NCBI RefSeq assembly: GCF_009834535.1
Contig: NC_045696.1
Coordinates: forward strand, 36,396,001-36,460,000
Reading direction: 5' to 3'
From: Camelus ferus
Taxonomy: Eukaryota
DNA length: 64,000 bases
The notes under the pieces are model-generated. The model made no database searches. It had not been told where the DNA came from and saw nothing but the letters and a program-made list of their open reading frames with translations. Below are positions 1 through 11,710 of this stretch, piece after piece. The translations under genes and the position numbers were made by a program. Positions within the stretch are counted from its first letter, which is position 1, and the number at the start of each line of letters is the position of its first letter.

Positions 1-229
1 AAGATACTGGTTCGCTTTCTTATCCCTCCTGTACCAAATGATTCAAACAGAAAATGTGTTATAATTTTTATTTGTGTGAGTTACATTCAACATTGGAGTA
101 CAAAGAAATATGAAATTATATTTATCGTCAATAAATACAATCTAGTTGCAAAGATAGGACACAGATATGAAGAGTTAAGTCACAGTAGAAGGCAGTTTAA
201 AATTATAAACAAAATAGTGAAATGTTAAA

Positions 230-870
230 TGGTGGAGTCATTATAAGCTGGAGATGTCAGGATGGCTAAGGGAAGTAGGGACCACGACTAAACCTACAGA
301 GATGGAGAGAATGGAAGAGGGCACCTAGGATGGCAGAGCAGCATGAATAGAAGTGCCGATGCACACACAATGAAGCCTATTCATGGAATGGCAGTCTGGC
401 TGAATTCCTGTGTACAACAAAGTGTGTAGGAAGAGATAAAGTTGAAAATGTATATATTATTTGAGACCTCAAGTAGGAATCCAAGGAGTTTGGACTTAAT
501 AGGCAATGGCAATCCATTGAACTTTTTTCAGAAGAGGAATGCTGCACAGATTAAGTATTGAATAAGCATTTGTTAAAAGAATGAATGAATATGTAATAAA
601 TATTTTAAGAAGAGTGATAGTTGGGAGAAGGTTAAATTGGAGGAAATAATATTGGTCTGGTCTGCACAATACTAAGGATCTGACACATGGCCTATATAGT
701 CATAGGATCTGAGATAGGTCGCATCGTGAGGGTGGGACTTCAGAGGGAGGGATAAGTGGAAAGGAAGAATTAATAGCATTTGAAAACTAGATATGGTGGT
801 GGGAGAGGGAGGAAGAAGAGGGGAAATTTAAAATGACTCTGGATTTCCAGTCTGGATATTCTTTTAAATG
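230..870 (-). mobile_element. Decayed L2 LINE fragment
   Basis: Purine-rich L2-antisense-like text (e.g. 'aaggagtttggactt...ggcaatggcaatccattgaac' near 483-522). Recognised by eye; boundaries approximate. Confidence 0.6.
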
Positions 871-1289
871 ATTATAGCACTGTACAGTTTTTCTATATGT
901 AAAATGAGGCAAATAAGGGTGTTTACCTCAAATACTCTATAATTTCTATTATTATTGTTAGATACATAAATGTTTAACACAGTGCTTGAGTGAATGTTGG
1001 TTTTCAATAAATAGTTGGTATTTAAATATTTTTTTGTCATCATTAATATTCTTTAATCACAATCCCCAAGTTCAAAAAGTTCTGAAAATATGTATTTTTT
1101 CATAACATGTTCAGTAACCTGACCTGAAGTCTTTTGTTAGCAAAAAACTTTACCTGAATTGACTGAGAAGTTATTTGTATCTTTATTTACTGTGTAAATA
1201 GTCATATATTTTGCTCCATAAATATTCATATATTTACAGTGAGAAGAGATACTTGGTTCAGCCTTATAACCTAGCTTTGCCTGTTTCCT

Positions 1290-1850
1290 TGACTCAACTC
1301 CTCAGCATATTTGTGAATGTGACAGTAGCCTTTATATCATTTTCTAGTTCAAAGGAACAAATGTGGATACTGACTGAGATATTCCTGGGACTGTTAAAAA
1401 ATATAGATTGGAGATACCTGACTGGCATTTCAGGCAATGAGTGAGAGCCATAGATAAGTGAAATTTTAAGCCATGAGAAGGATGGGACCTCCCAGAAAGA
1501 CTTCAGGGAGGAAGGAAAAGGCAGTGAGGTGATGATTGACTCTTGGGATGAGCACACAATGCACAGAATGAGAAGCCCTGCTTGGGTATCACAATGCAGA
1601 TGCTCAGGGTCGAAGCTGAGTCCGTTGGAATAGTTTGAGATGGGAGAGAGGCAGGGTTGTGCCAGAGTAGCCAAGGAAAGAATGAATTTTCAGGAGGAGC
1701 AGTTGATCACCAGTCACGGGCCACAGAGAGGTCAGAGGAAGGGAGAACAGTAACCACAGACTAGATTTGGTAACATGGTGGGTTCAAAGATGGTGACTGT
1801 GTAAACTGAGCTGCTTGCAGAGAGGTGAGAACAGAATCCTCGAGGATACA
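1290..1850 (-). mobile_element. Decayed L2 LINE fragment
   Basis: L2-antisense hallmarks 'gccaaggaaagaatgaattttcaggaggagcagttgatcaccagt...gagaggtcag' and 'ctagatttggtaacatgg'. Confidence 0.6.
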
Positions 1851-2769
1851 AGGTGGGAATGTCAGTGGCCTATCCAGGTTTTATTCTTGATTATATGCAC
1901 TACTGGTTGATCTAGGAACATAAGATTCATAAAATGATAGAACTTCATAGTTAAACCTGGTCATATATTCTATCCCTCTTGCTTTGCAGTTAAGGATACT
2001 GATACCCTTAGACTGGTGAAGATTCTGATAATGGTGAGTTAGCATCAGAGTTAAGACTAGAACATAGGTACTGAGACTCCCAATTTAGTGCTGTTTCTGC
2101 TATGTTAGGCATCCAAGCAGGAGGTTCACCTAAGGGTGCTGTCTGAACAACACCTTTAGATATTCCTGCAGCCCCCTTAGTACAGAGCAAGATACTCCCC
2201 CACCAACCTGCTCAAGTATAAATTTTTATAAAAAAGCAATATGTATTAAATACAAATATCCCCTATATGTATGTTGCCTATATATGTTTATATATATATA
2301 TATGTGTGTTGGTTTTTATTAAAAAGCACTTTTCTTCAAACTAATTTTCCACTCATACCACTGGTATTTTATGGGAAATTGAAAATCTTATGCATTCATA
2401 TAACTTTCAGTGAACTCAATGAATTGTTCCTTTGTATAACAATATCTATCATAAAGATCAGTCACTCTATCCGTAAACTTTCAGTAGTTTCATTTTTCTT
2501 AGGTTTAATCTCTGTAACTTGAAGAATCTCAACAGTTTAAGAGGAGCACCACAGGATTGTAAGCTCCTTAAAGGCAGGGACTTTCCTTTGTTTTTAATAG
2601 GCTAGAACAACGTCATGGAACATAATATTATTACCGGCCCTCCAGAGTCAGTCCCCAGCAAGGGTCCTTCTGCCCGCTGTCCTTCCAGCTAATAGAACAA
2701 GACCAAAATCAGTTCAGAAGAAAAAGAAAGCTTTATTCTTGGGTCAGAGAATGCAGAGGTGTGAGCCAG

Positions 2770-3080
2770 AGCGCTAAGGCACACCGCTCCCTAACAGGCT
2801 GTGGGCGGGGCTGCTTTGTAAGGTCTGGACAGCCCCCTTCCCCACTCCCCCTCCCCCCCCGCCTCCCCCATACCGCGGCCGCCCCCCCACCACCGTGGGC
2901 GGAGTTCTCTCGGGACAGGCGCAGCTGCACTGCGCACGCGCCAGGTCGCGGTGAGGACGCAGCGTCTCCACACCGGCTGCTGCCGCCATCTTGGGGTGCC
3001 CTGCTGTGCACGCAGTCCCCCAGCTGGAGTGTGACGCCACCGTTTCTCACAAGCCTCTGGGGTCTGAAGGACCAGGCGCA
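2770..3080. promoter_or_regulatory. Small CpG island / promoter-like element
   Basis: About 24 CpGs in ~310 bp in an otherwise CpG-poor window. GC boxes (gggcgggg ~2803, gggcggag ~2897), NRF1-like tgcgcacgcgc (2931-2941), YY1 motif gccgccatcttg (2982-2993), CRE-like tgacgcca (~3032). Confidence 0.75.
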
Positions 3081-5389
3081 CAGCCTCTTCACATGGTACC
3101 CTGTGAGCAACTGAAACTAGAGGAAGCACAAAGGGAAAAAAAGAGGTTAGACTTTATCACTCAATCTATTTTTATTCCGCGGGAATTGTCAGTGGGCTTT
3201 GCCTGTGACAGCATGTGTTCCATAAATGCTTGTTGAATGAACAGATGAATAGGTGAACACACGAGAAAAGGAATAAATGAACGAAGTGGTCAGTAAGTCT
3301 CCTCCAGGAACAGTGGTGAGAAAAAATGTTTAGGTCAGCCTCCTGACCAGGCTTGTGCTCGGTTTTCTGACTCAACTCCAGTAGACAAAGCCCTCGGCAT
3401 ATTTGTAAACCCAGTGGTAGCCCTCAGTCAAAGGAATATATTTGAATTCTCCCTCAGAATTTTCCTTCGCAGACTTTACTTCTTGGGTGCCAGTAACCCT
3501 GAATAAAGATTTGAGACAGGGAGGAGGTCTTGAGGGTGGGTGGTGGAATGTGCTGGTCCTGGCCTCTAATACTCTGTTATAAATTTCTTTGCTACTGTTA
3601 CATATTTCTTTGTTTCCTTTGGGGCTTTTTGTTTCTTCTGAAATGCATCCTAAAGGGCAAAAGAGATACGGGAAAGCCCGGCCTTACTTGGAAAGTCTGT
3701 TGAAAATGGCCCACCAATACGTACTGCTTTTCCAAATTTAGTGCACAGATATGCCTTATTTCAAGAAAGGTGCAAAGTACTAATCATATATTTCACTCTG
3801 TACTGTAAGAATTTCTTTTTTCTTTCCCGAGTGTGATGTGCTCTCAACTCATAGCATCTAGTGTCAAATATTTCTAGCAGTGCAAGATTAAAATACCTCA
3901 AAGGCCTAATGCCTCCCAAGTGTCTTACTGAAAGCCCAGTATTGCTAAGCAAAGGCCCTTGCTTTGCTCAGGGAGCCATGCATTATGCTGGCAGGTTGCC
4001 TCATTGGTGAATTACCTTGGAAAAAAAGCCTTGGCAACATTGGAACACTCTTTTTCTCCTTAAAATGCCCACCCCACCTCCTGGCTTAGTAAACCTGTGT
4101 TTCTAAAACAGCTATCACAAAGTACCTAGCTATTTTGTCAGGATTGCTAGATAAATTAGCTTAAACAGCTACCTTGGTGGAAATATATCTCCCTGGCTTC
4201 TCTGCCAGCTTATACTGAGAACATTCTGGCTTAATTCCTGTCTTTAACAAGACCGAGAACACAGTCTTTTGCATCTCCATGTGAAAAGTATTTACATATT
4301 CAGAAATCAGCCTGGCAAACCAGAGCTAAGAGTATGGGGAATAAACAGTGTCTCCCTTCATTTCCCCCCTTTCAAAGTTGAGAATTTAATTCTTGAATAT
4401 GATAAGAGCTAAAAACTGGCAAAGGGGAGATGACGACAGGGATGCGACATCTGTCAAAAGCCTGTGTTGATCAGTGCGGCCTCTCAGCTCCCCACACGCC
4501 CTCAGGCTCTCGTGGGCTTGACGGGTCTTCCATTCCTTCCCCTGTCCAACCCCTGGACTGGCTTCCTTGGGCCTGACAGGGGCAGAGGCAAGCATTCCTC
4601 AGCTCTCATAGCCTGATTTAAAATGTACGGTGGGTAGAAATTAAAATTAAAATGAGTTCTTTTTTTAAAGCAAAAATGTCACCATTCTCTTTCAAAGATG
4701 AGAACCTGAGTAATGACTCTCAGGAGGAAAGATTGGTGTCAAATCATGAGGCTGTGCTTAGTGGGCTTATGATGTATATGTTGGAATCTCATTTTTTTGA
4801 CAAAAAGTAAGATGAGGTTGAAATTGTATTTATTTGGCAAACTAATGTTGGCTTCTTTTACCTTTATACCATTGGCATACATTTTGTGTGCCATGTACCC
4901 TTACATACTACCTTGCAGCAAGGACATGGGTGTTCATGTTCAAGACTAGAGCAGGTGCTCATCCACTGGGCCATTGCAGGAAGCCTCCAAAGAGTTCTAT
5001 GGGATGAGAGCTGTCCCTCTGTAGTGTTATGGATATTCTAGGCTGTTCATCTTGTTCATAGGAGCGTGATTCCTTGTCTATTAATGCTATGAAGACTGGT
5101 CTTTACCTCTGACAAGTGGAGAAATGGATATAAGGAACACTAGGTTTTAGAAATTCCTTGGAAATGTATATTCAGGTTTTTCCTATCTTTTTCCCCAGTA
5201 TCCCATGCTATTTTAGCAGTCAAACTATTTGTCTATCAAAAGTAAGAATTATAAATCACCTAATCTGTCTTTATTAAATAATAATCATGAGTATCATGGC
5301 ATATGAAATTTTCCAATGTGAGTATTAAGGATTAGTTTTATTCTGCTTACTTGTCAACAGAGCTAAGTGAGAACCACCTGATTCAGATT

Positions 5390-5880
5390 CATAGAGGTGC
5401 AGTTCAGAACATGATACCCCAAAATATGGTAGCTTGGCATATTGAATATTTTAAGCTGAAGGAATCTGACAGACAGCAGGTGCAGGAAGGACTCTCTGAC
5501 CTTCCTCTTCTCCCCCAAACCCTCACGTGAGAGGTGCCCTCCTTTTACCCCAAGGGAAGGATTCTTATCTTCCAAGGGACTTGAAGGAGAATCTGAATGA
5601 ATGGGTTGCTGTTTCCCCCAGTTTACTACTCTTAGCTCCTGCCCTTTTGTCCTAGCACATTTTCCCACGATTTCCTGCTCTTCATCAAACCTAGCTTAAA
5701 AATGTACAAAGTTAATCATTTCTCTTGGTCTTCATTTTCTTATGAAGGCACCTGTGTCATGCAAAACTTACATGAAATAAATTTGTATGTTTTTCTGCTG
5801 TTAGTCTGTCTTTGTTGCTTTAATTTTCAGACCCAGCTAGGGACCCTAAGGGGGTCGAGGAAAATTTTTCCTCCCTTATG
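5390..5880 (+). mobile_element. ERV1-class solo LTR, MER34-like
   Basis: 5' part 'gttcagaacatgataccccaaaatatgg...ttggcatattgaatattttaagctgaagg' resembles the MER34 family start; polyA signal aataaa near 5776; ends '...ttcctcccttat'. Confidence 0.7.
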
Positions 5881-6789
5881 CTGGCTCCTGCTGCCATATT
5901 GAGTTCAGGTTGTTCTGAGGGAGGTCTTGAAGTTCCATGTGCTGCGCAGAACAATCTCTGTGTTCTGTTGCTTGTCATTTCTATTATATTTACAGACCCT
6001 TCAGGAGAAAATAACAGTTTTAAGTCATGTTTAGCACTATGCTTCATAAGGCTTAAGAAATCTCATTTGAGATGTTAAGGGGAGATCAGCACAGATATAT
6101 GCCATATTTTACTCATAAGTTTTGAGTTAGTGGGCCCTTCTTGAGTCCCACATTTAGAATCACAAATGATGTGTTTGTACATTCAGGTCCTTTACAAATG
6201 CTGTTACTCTCCTATCACATGTCCAAGAAGATCTTGGAGAAGAGACATGCCTTATGGGAAGAACACTGTCTTTGAAATGAATCAGATGCTTAGTAAAGCC
6301 ATTTGGCTTCTGAATACTGGTTTCATCTTCTGTGAAATGGAGATGGTAATGCTGTCTTAAAGAGTTACCACATAGTCTAGAAGTTGAAGACCTTGAAGTA
6401 GGTAGACTCTTCCCAGTCCATCACCCTCTCTCTTTGCTGGACATCATTCTCAGTGTTCTGGCTGCCCTGGGTAATTTCTAATGGCCACACACACACACAC
6501 AGTGTCCAGCACCTTGGCCTTTTTGTGCTGTTCCCAGTGTGTCCAATCTAACAGCCACTCTTATTTGCATTCTGAGGCCCAGCATCTCATAGGGTATGTA
6601 TATTCCAGGTCCTGTAAACTACTGTTTTCAATTAGTGTTTTAAGTTATTTTTCCTCAGTATATGTAACTTGAAGTTCTCTCTACCAGAGGCGTCAGAGGT
6701 GGGCCTTTGACTCATTCATTTATTCATTCATTCAATAAATATTTAGCCTTGCAGCCAGCCCCCTACTCCACACCAGCATTACAAATCCC

Positions 6790-6975
6790 CTCTTACTGTG
6801 CTCCTTTTCTTTTTGTCACTTATCATTAGCATGCCACATAATGTACTACTTTTTGTTGCCTCTATCTTGATTATAACAGAAGCTCCACCAGAGCAGGGAT
6901 CTTTGTCTGTTTGGTTCACTGATGTATCTCAAGCAAATAGAACAGTTCTTAGCACTTAGTACATATGTGTTGAAA
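6790..6975 (+). mobile_element. L2 3' end
   Basis: 'agaagctccaccagagcagggatctttgtctgtttggttcactgatgtatctcaagcaaatagaacagt' is the typical L2 3' terminus. Confidence 0.75.
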
Positions 6976-7113
6976 GAGTTTAGAATATACTCTATTTTAG
7001 GAACATGGAAACTGGTAAGTTACATAGCTCTTCCAGAGAAAAGTTCACTCAGGAACTTTCTTGGGTCTTCTTCTTATCAGAGTTTCACATTGAGTATCCA
7101 ACTTCCTTCTTCT

Positions 7114-7243
7114 TTTTTGAGGGGAGGGATATAATTAGGTTATTTATGTATTTTTTTTTAAATGGAGGTACTGGTGTATTGAACACAGGAACTTGTGCAT
7201 GCTAAGCATGTGCTCTACCAGTGAGCTATACCCCCTCCCCCTC
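7114..7243 (-). mobile_element. Vic-1-type tRNA-derived SINE (camelid)
   Basis: Minus strand reads GGGGAGGGGGTATAGCTCACTGGTAGAGCACATGCTTAGCATGCACAAGTTCCTGTGTTCAATACACCAGTACCTCCA plus an A-rich tail. 18-bp TSD atcca(a/g)cttccttcttct at 7096-7113 and 7244-7261. Confidence 0.88.
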
Positions 7244-7342
7244 ATCCAGCTTCCTTCTTCTGTGCTCTGAGGCAAAGGGAGTGTTGGTCACTTCCTCTGG
7301 GTTTTCTGTGAGCTCTTGATCTCCTGGGATCTGCACCATCTC

Positions 7343-7375
7343 CATCATCATCATCACTGTTATCATCATCATCAT
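7343..7375. repeat. Imperfect (CAT)n microsatellite
   Basis: catcatcatcatcactgttatcatcatcatcat. Confidence 0.8.
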
Positions 7376-7876
7376 GGTAGCTAGTCTCCAAGATGGCTCT
7401 GACTGATCCTTGCCTCCTAGGATTCAGTCTTTTGTAGTCCTCTTTTGTGTTGAATAGGGATGACATGTGCAACCCGTGGGATATCATGGAAATAACTTCT
7501 GAGCTTAGGTCATAAACAACACTGCAGCTTCAATCTTTCTTTCGTGGATCTTTTGCTTTGGGGAAGGCCAAGTATCATATGAGAACAATAAAGCAATTCT
7601 CTGGGGAAGCCCACATGGCAAGGAGGTGAGGCCTTCTGCCAACAGCCCTGTTAATAAACCATCATGGAAGTGCATGCTCCAGCCCTAGTCAAGCCTTTGA
7701 TGACTGCAGCCCTGGTAAACATTTTGTCTTATACTTTCATGTGCCACCCTGGGCCAAAACCACCTAGTTAAGCTGCTCCCAAGCTCCTGACCCATAGGAA
7801 CTGTGAGATAAGGAAGATTTTTGTTGTTTTAAGCTTTTTGAAGTAGTTCATTACACAGCAGTAGATGGCTAATATA
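7375..7876 (+). mobile_element. MaLR solo LTR, MLT1F-like
   Basis: Start 'tggtagctagtctccaagatggctc...ccttgcctcct'; internal 'cccacatggcaaggaggtgaggcct'; MLT1-type end 'tgttgttttaagct...ttacacagcagtagatggctaatata'. Confidence 0.8.
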
Positions 7877-9149
7877 ATCATTATTGAACTTCTTAAATGC
7901 CTCCAATGTACAAGCAAGCATATGATTTCATTCTTGTCTTAACTCTCTGAGTTGGTAGCCATATCCTCATTATACAGGAGGGAAAAAGGGGGTCCAAGGA
8001 GGTTACTTTATACATCTAGTGAGTGAAATAGCTAGAATTTTTATTTTTAACCACGATGCTGTTTTGAGTCGAACAGTCTTTAGGGTATAAAGCTTGCTGG
8101 CAGTGTCTGAATGTGGAACCTGAAAAACTTGGCAACCACAGACTACTTTCAGTAATGTTCCTTTTAAGGCACAAGGGGAAAGCACCCTAGGTACTTTGAG
8201 TTTCAGGAACTATCCAGAGTTTCCCGGAGTCCCCTAAGGTAATTGCATGGATCCTCTATAGTAACAGTCCTTATCTCATGCTAAGTTTTTAATTTACTAG
8301 CTACTCAGCTAGCTGGCTCCCAGTGGAATGGAGCACAAAGGAAAGTTTGGATGGTAGAAGTAGATCAGGGATAATAACATGAAGAGAAGAGAGAGATACA
8401 CTGAAATCACGATTTTAAAATGGGATAAATATTCTGTCATTTCACAAATTCCCCACAAGTCTAGCCTTCAAAGAAAGGAACACTGCTTCAGAAGTAAGTG
8501 AAAACAGATTTTCCCTGTTTTCCTGGGTTCACTACTCTTGTATTTCATCTTTTAAAAATGATTATATTCAGTAGTGGAGGGAAGAACATAAGAAATACAT
8601 AAAAACATAAGAAATCCATGACCTGAATTTTATCCTTATCCAGTCTCCTATTATATTACAATGCCTCTTTTTCAGTCCAAAATAGGATTAAATATAATTA
8701 AAGTAATTCTCTCAATGGTTCCTCACCAAAGTAACCTAGATACGTATTCTGATTGTTTAAAATGTTTACATGAGATTTAGGCACAAAACTTTCATCTGTG
8801 GAACAGGTGCAAGCTTAACATCTAGCTGATGAGGGCTTAAAGATGACAGTGTAATTTCCCCAAATATATGAGCCACCTCATACTGCCATTTTTGTGCTCA
8901 GTACTCCCATTGTCCTTTGTGTTTCAAGTTCTTTTGCTGACTTGTTTCCTCTGTCAGTTTTCCGCAGTCAGCATCCTTTAAAATTGGCTTAGAATTTTGC
9001 TACAGAAAATGCTGAAAAAATCCCTTGCTGATTGTGTATGGCATGTACTCCACATAAAATATACCCTATCTCATTTTCTTTCTGAACAATGCTTCTTATA
9101 AACATTAAATTACAGCAGAGTTGGGAAAACTATCTAGAAATAAACAAAT

Positions 9150-9720
9150 GGTTGTAATGGGGAGTGTGATAGACTCTTTTCTATGGAAAATAACACTATA
9201 TAAAACCTTGAACCTAACTCCAAAAATACAAGAACATACATATAGAGAGGAGGAGGTTGGGTGTCAGAACAAATACCCAAATGGGTGAGAGAAGTATTCA
9301 GGGTGTTGCGGCAGCTCATAAAGCTAGTGGGCATTAACAGAAGAATTCTATCTAGAGTGAGGGAGGTGATAGGCGTGCTCTGCCCAGACAGTTGGTAGGA
9401 TACTGCATTACATTTTGAATAGAAAATTGTTAAAGGAATAGACACAAGTGAAGCTAATATTCCGGATAAGAAAATTCAAGATGTTGTAGTATTTCAAACC
9501 TATGTCACGTGAGAAGCATATCCAAATATTTAATGGGCTCTGTGGATTCAAGGTTTCTATTTTCAGTTAAGTTTTCAAAATATGGTTGTAGAACCTACGA
9601 ATAGGAAAAAAAAAAAAAAGGTCTGAATCAGAAGAACCGAGAAGGTAATTAGCTGCTGCAGGAGGTGTGCAATTTCGATCACTGAAGGTGCTCATGGAAA
9701 ACTGTTTGAGAGAGAATGTG
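9150..9720 (+). mobile_element. L3/CR1 LINE remnant
   Basis: 'attaacagaagaattctatctagagtgagggaggtgatagg' and 'aaacctatgtcacgtgagaa' resemble the L3 3' region; a further L3-like piece lies near 9650-9710. Confidence 0.55.
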
Positions 9721-10019
9721 CACAGATGCATCACCTTTTAATCCATGGTCACCTCATTCTCTATGATGTTTTGCCCATTTTTGTCCAGGACTTGGATCAA
9801 TCAGATTAGCAAATCTTCAGTGCTTGTGGAGGGGGTTGGCTCAGTGGTGGGCGGAGCAGCAGAATCATGGAGGAGGGCTGGTTCCTATTATTCTATACCC
9901 CCCGACCTCCCCCACCATTATATAATTGGAAAATTTATCTTCCCTAGAAGAGAGCTGGATAACTATTTGGCAATAAATATAGTAGGAACTTTAAAGATGC
10001 TCACATCATTTGATCTAAT

Positions 10020-10243
10020 AATGTCAACAACTTCACTTCTAGAATATGAAAGCTATAAAGAGATGTTGTAAGAAAACTTTACATACAGAAATGCTCATCA
10101 CAACATTATTGGTAATAGTTAAAAAAAGGAGCTAGGGAGCGCAAGGAACCCTTACAATTTAGCAAATATTTACTGAACACCTGCTCTGTAACAGATATTC
10201 TTCTAAGTGCTAGGGCTATATCCCAAGTGAGCAAAATAATTTC
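10020..10243 (+). repeat. Left arm (probable donor) of inverted local duplication
   Basis: Reverse complement of 11493-11710; 3 mismatches in the first 100 bp, roughly 90% identity overall by eye. Confidence 0.95.
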
Positions 10244-10490
10244 CCTGCTCTCAGGGAGTTTATGGTCTAGCAGGGAAGACAAAAGTAAATATAGGCATCA
10301 TAAATAAACATTTAAATGATACAATACGGTGGAAAGGAACAGGTGCTTGTGGGGGAGCACAAAGCAGAGCCAAGCAGTGAGTGTTGGGATTGGTGGCTGC
10401 AGAGTGGCAGGGTAGGTCTCACTGAGAAGGCAGTACGACGAAAGACTTGGAGGTGATGGTGTGAGCCATGCAGGTATCTGGAGGGAAATA
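10155..10490 (-). mobile_element. L2 3' end inserted in an old L1 remnant
   Basis: 'agcaaatatttactgaacacctgctctgt...ccctgctctcagggagtttatggtctag' and 'gtgagccatgcaggtatctggaggg'. Confidence 0.75.
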
Positions 10491-11279
10491 GTATGTTAAC
10501 CGAGAGGAATGATTCAGTAGAAAGTAAAAAATTGATGAAATAGGATTTCTTTTGCTAACATAGGAAACACTAACAATGTAATATTCAATGAAACAAGCAG
10601 GGTATACACTATATTCAGCATTACAGTTTTAAATTATGTACTCAAGTTTATATATTCATTTATACCATGAATATTTATTGAGCACTTACTTTATAAACAT
10701 TTATATAGCACTTATTATATTCCAGGCACTATTCTAAGCATTTCCAAATAGTAATGTCATTGAATCTCTACAACTTTGTAGTGAAGTAGAAGCTGTTTTG
10801 ACCTTACGACTGGGAAAGATGCTATTTAATTACCTAAGGCCACTGGTCAGTGTGAGCAGGGCATGGTTTTGCTCTGAGTGTGTGTTCTTTATTGCGTGGG
10901 TTCTGCCTTTTCTTTGCTTGGTCCTGTTTGGGCACTGGGGAGGGAGTAAGAACACAAATGGATGCCTAGAAAAAAGTCCTGGAAAGACATATGCCAGATG
11001 TTAAAATTGACTTTTCCAGTGTGGGTAGACATAGGTAATATTATTTTGCATACATTTGTGCATTTTCCAAATTTTTCTATAATAAAGACATTTAAAATTA
11101 TAACTTTAACATTATATATTTGTAAATAGTACAGGGTCTTTTATGGTACTTATGGTAATAAAATCATAAACAGTTAAAGCTTGAAGGAAGAGCCAGAACA
11201 AGACCTTGGTCTCCCTTATTTTAGGCCAGTTTTTTTTTTTCCTTAGCTGTATTTCTGGTACACAGTCTATTCAGCATGA

Positions 11280-11460
11280 TATGATAGAAAGACAGCTCTG
11301 CTGGAAGCCAGGCTTGGGTCTGACTTCTGCCACTGACAGGCTCTGCAACTTCAAACACGTCCCTTAGCCAGCTTGGGTTTTGGTTTTCTTTTCTGTAAAA
11401 TTAAAGAATTGGATTAGTTGATATCTGGTCCCTTCCGTTTCTGATTTTTCATGATTCTAT
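11280..11460 (+). mobile_element. MIR SINE
   Basis: Core 'ttttcttttctgtaaaatt' and end 'ggtcccttcc...atgattctat'. Confidence 0.65.
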
Positions 11461-11492
11461 GGCATTTTTACTGTCTTACAGTAAATTATTTT

Positions 11493-11710
11493 GAAATTAT
11501 TTTGCTCACTGATACATCCCAAGCCCTTGGAAGAATATCCATTACAGAACAGGTGTTCAGTAAATATTTGCTAAATTGTAAGAGTTCCTTGCACTTCCCC
11601 CCTCTTTTAAACTATTATCAATAATGTTGTGATGAGCATTTCTGTATGTAAAGTTTTCTCACAACATCTCTTTATAGCTTTCATATTCTAGAAGTGAAAT
11701 TGTTGACATT
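11493..11710 (-). repeat. Right arm (probable derived copy) of inverted local duplication
   Basis: Inverted copy of 10020-10243 including the L1/L2 junction; similarity stops abruptly at both ends. Confidence 0.95.

Noticed and set aside
8585..8621. Short imperfect tandem duplication (aacataagaaat...); similar case at ~36939-36976
   Set aside because: Ordinary slippage-scale duplications with no array structure.
9828..9860. tRNA/SINE-like 5' end 'gggggttggctcagtggt'
   Set aside because: Only an A-box-like stretch, with no B box, tail or TSD.
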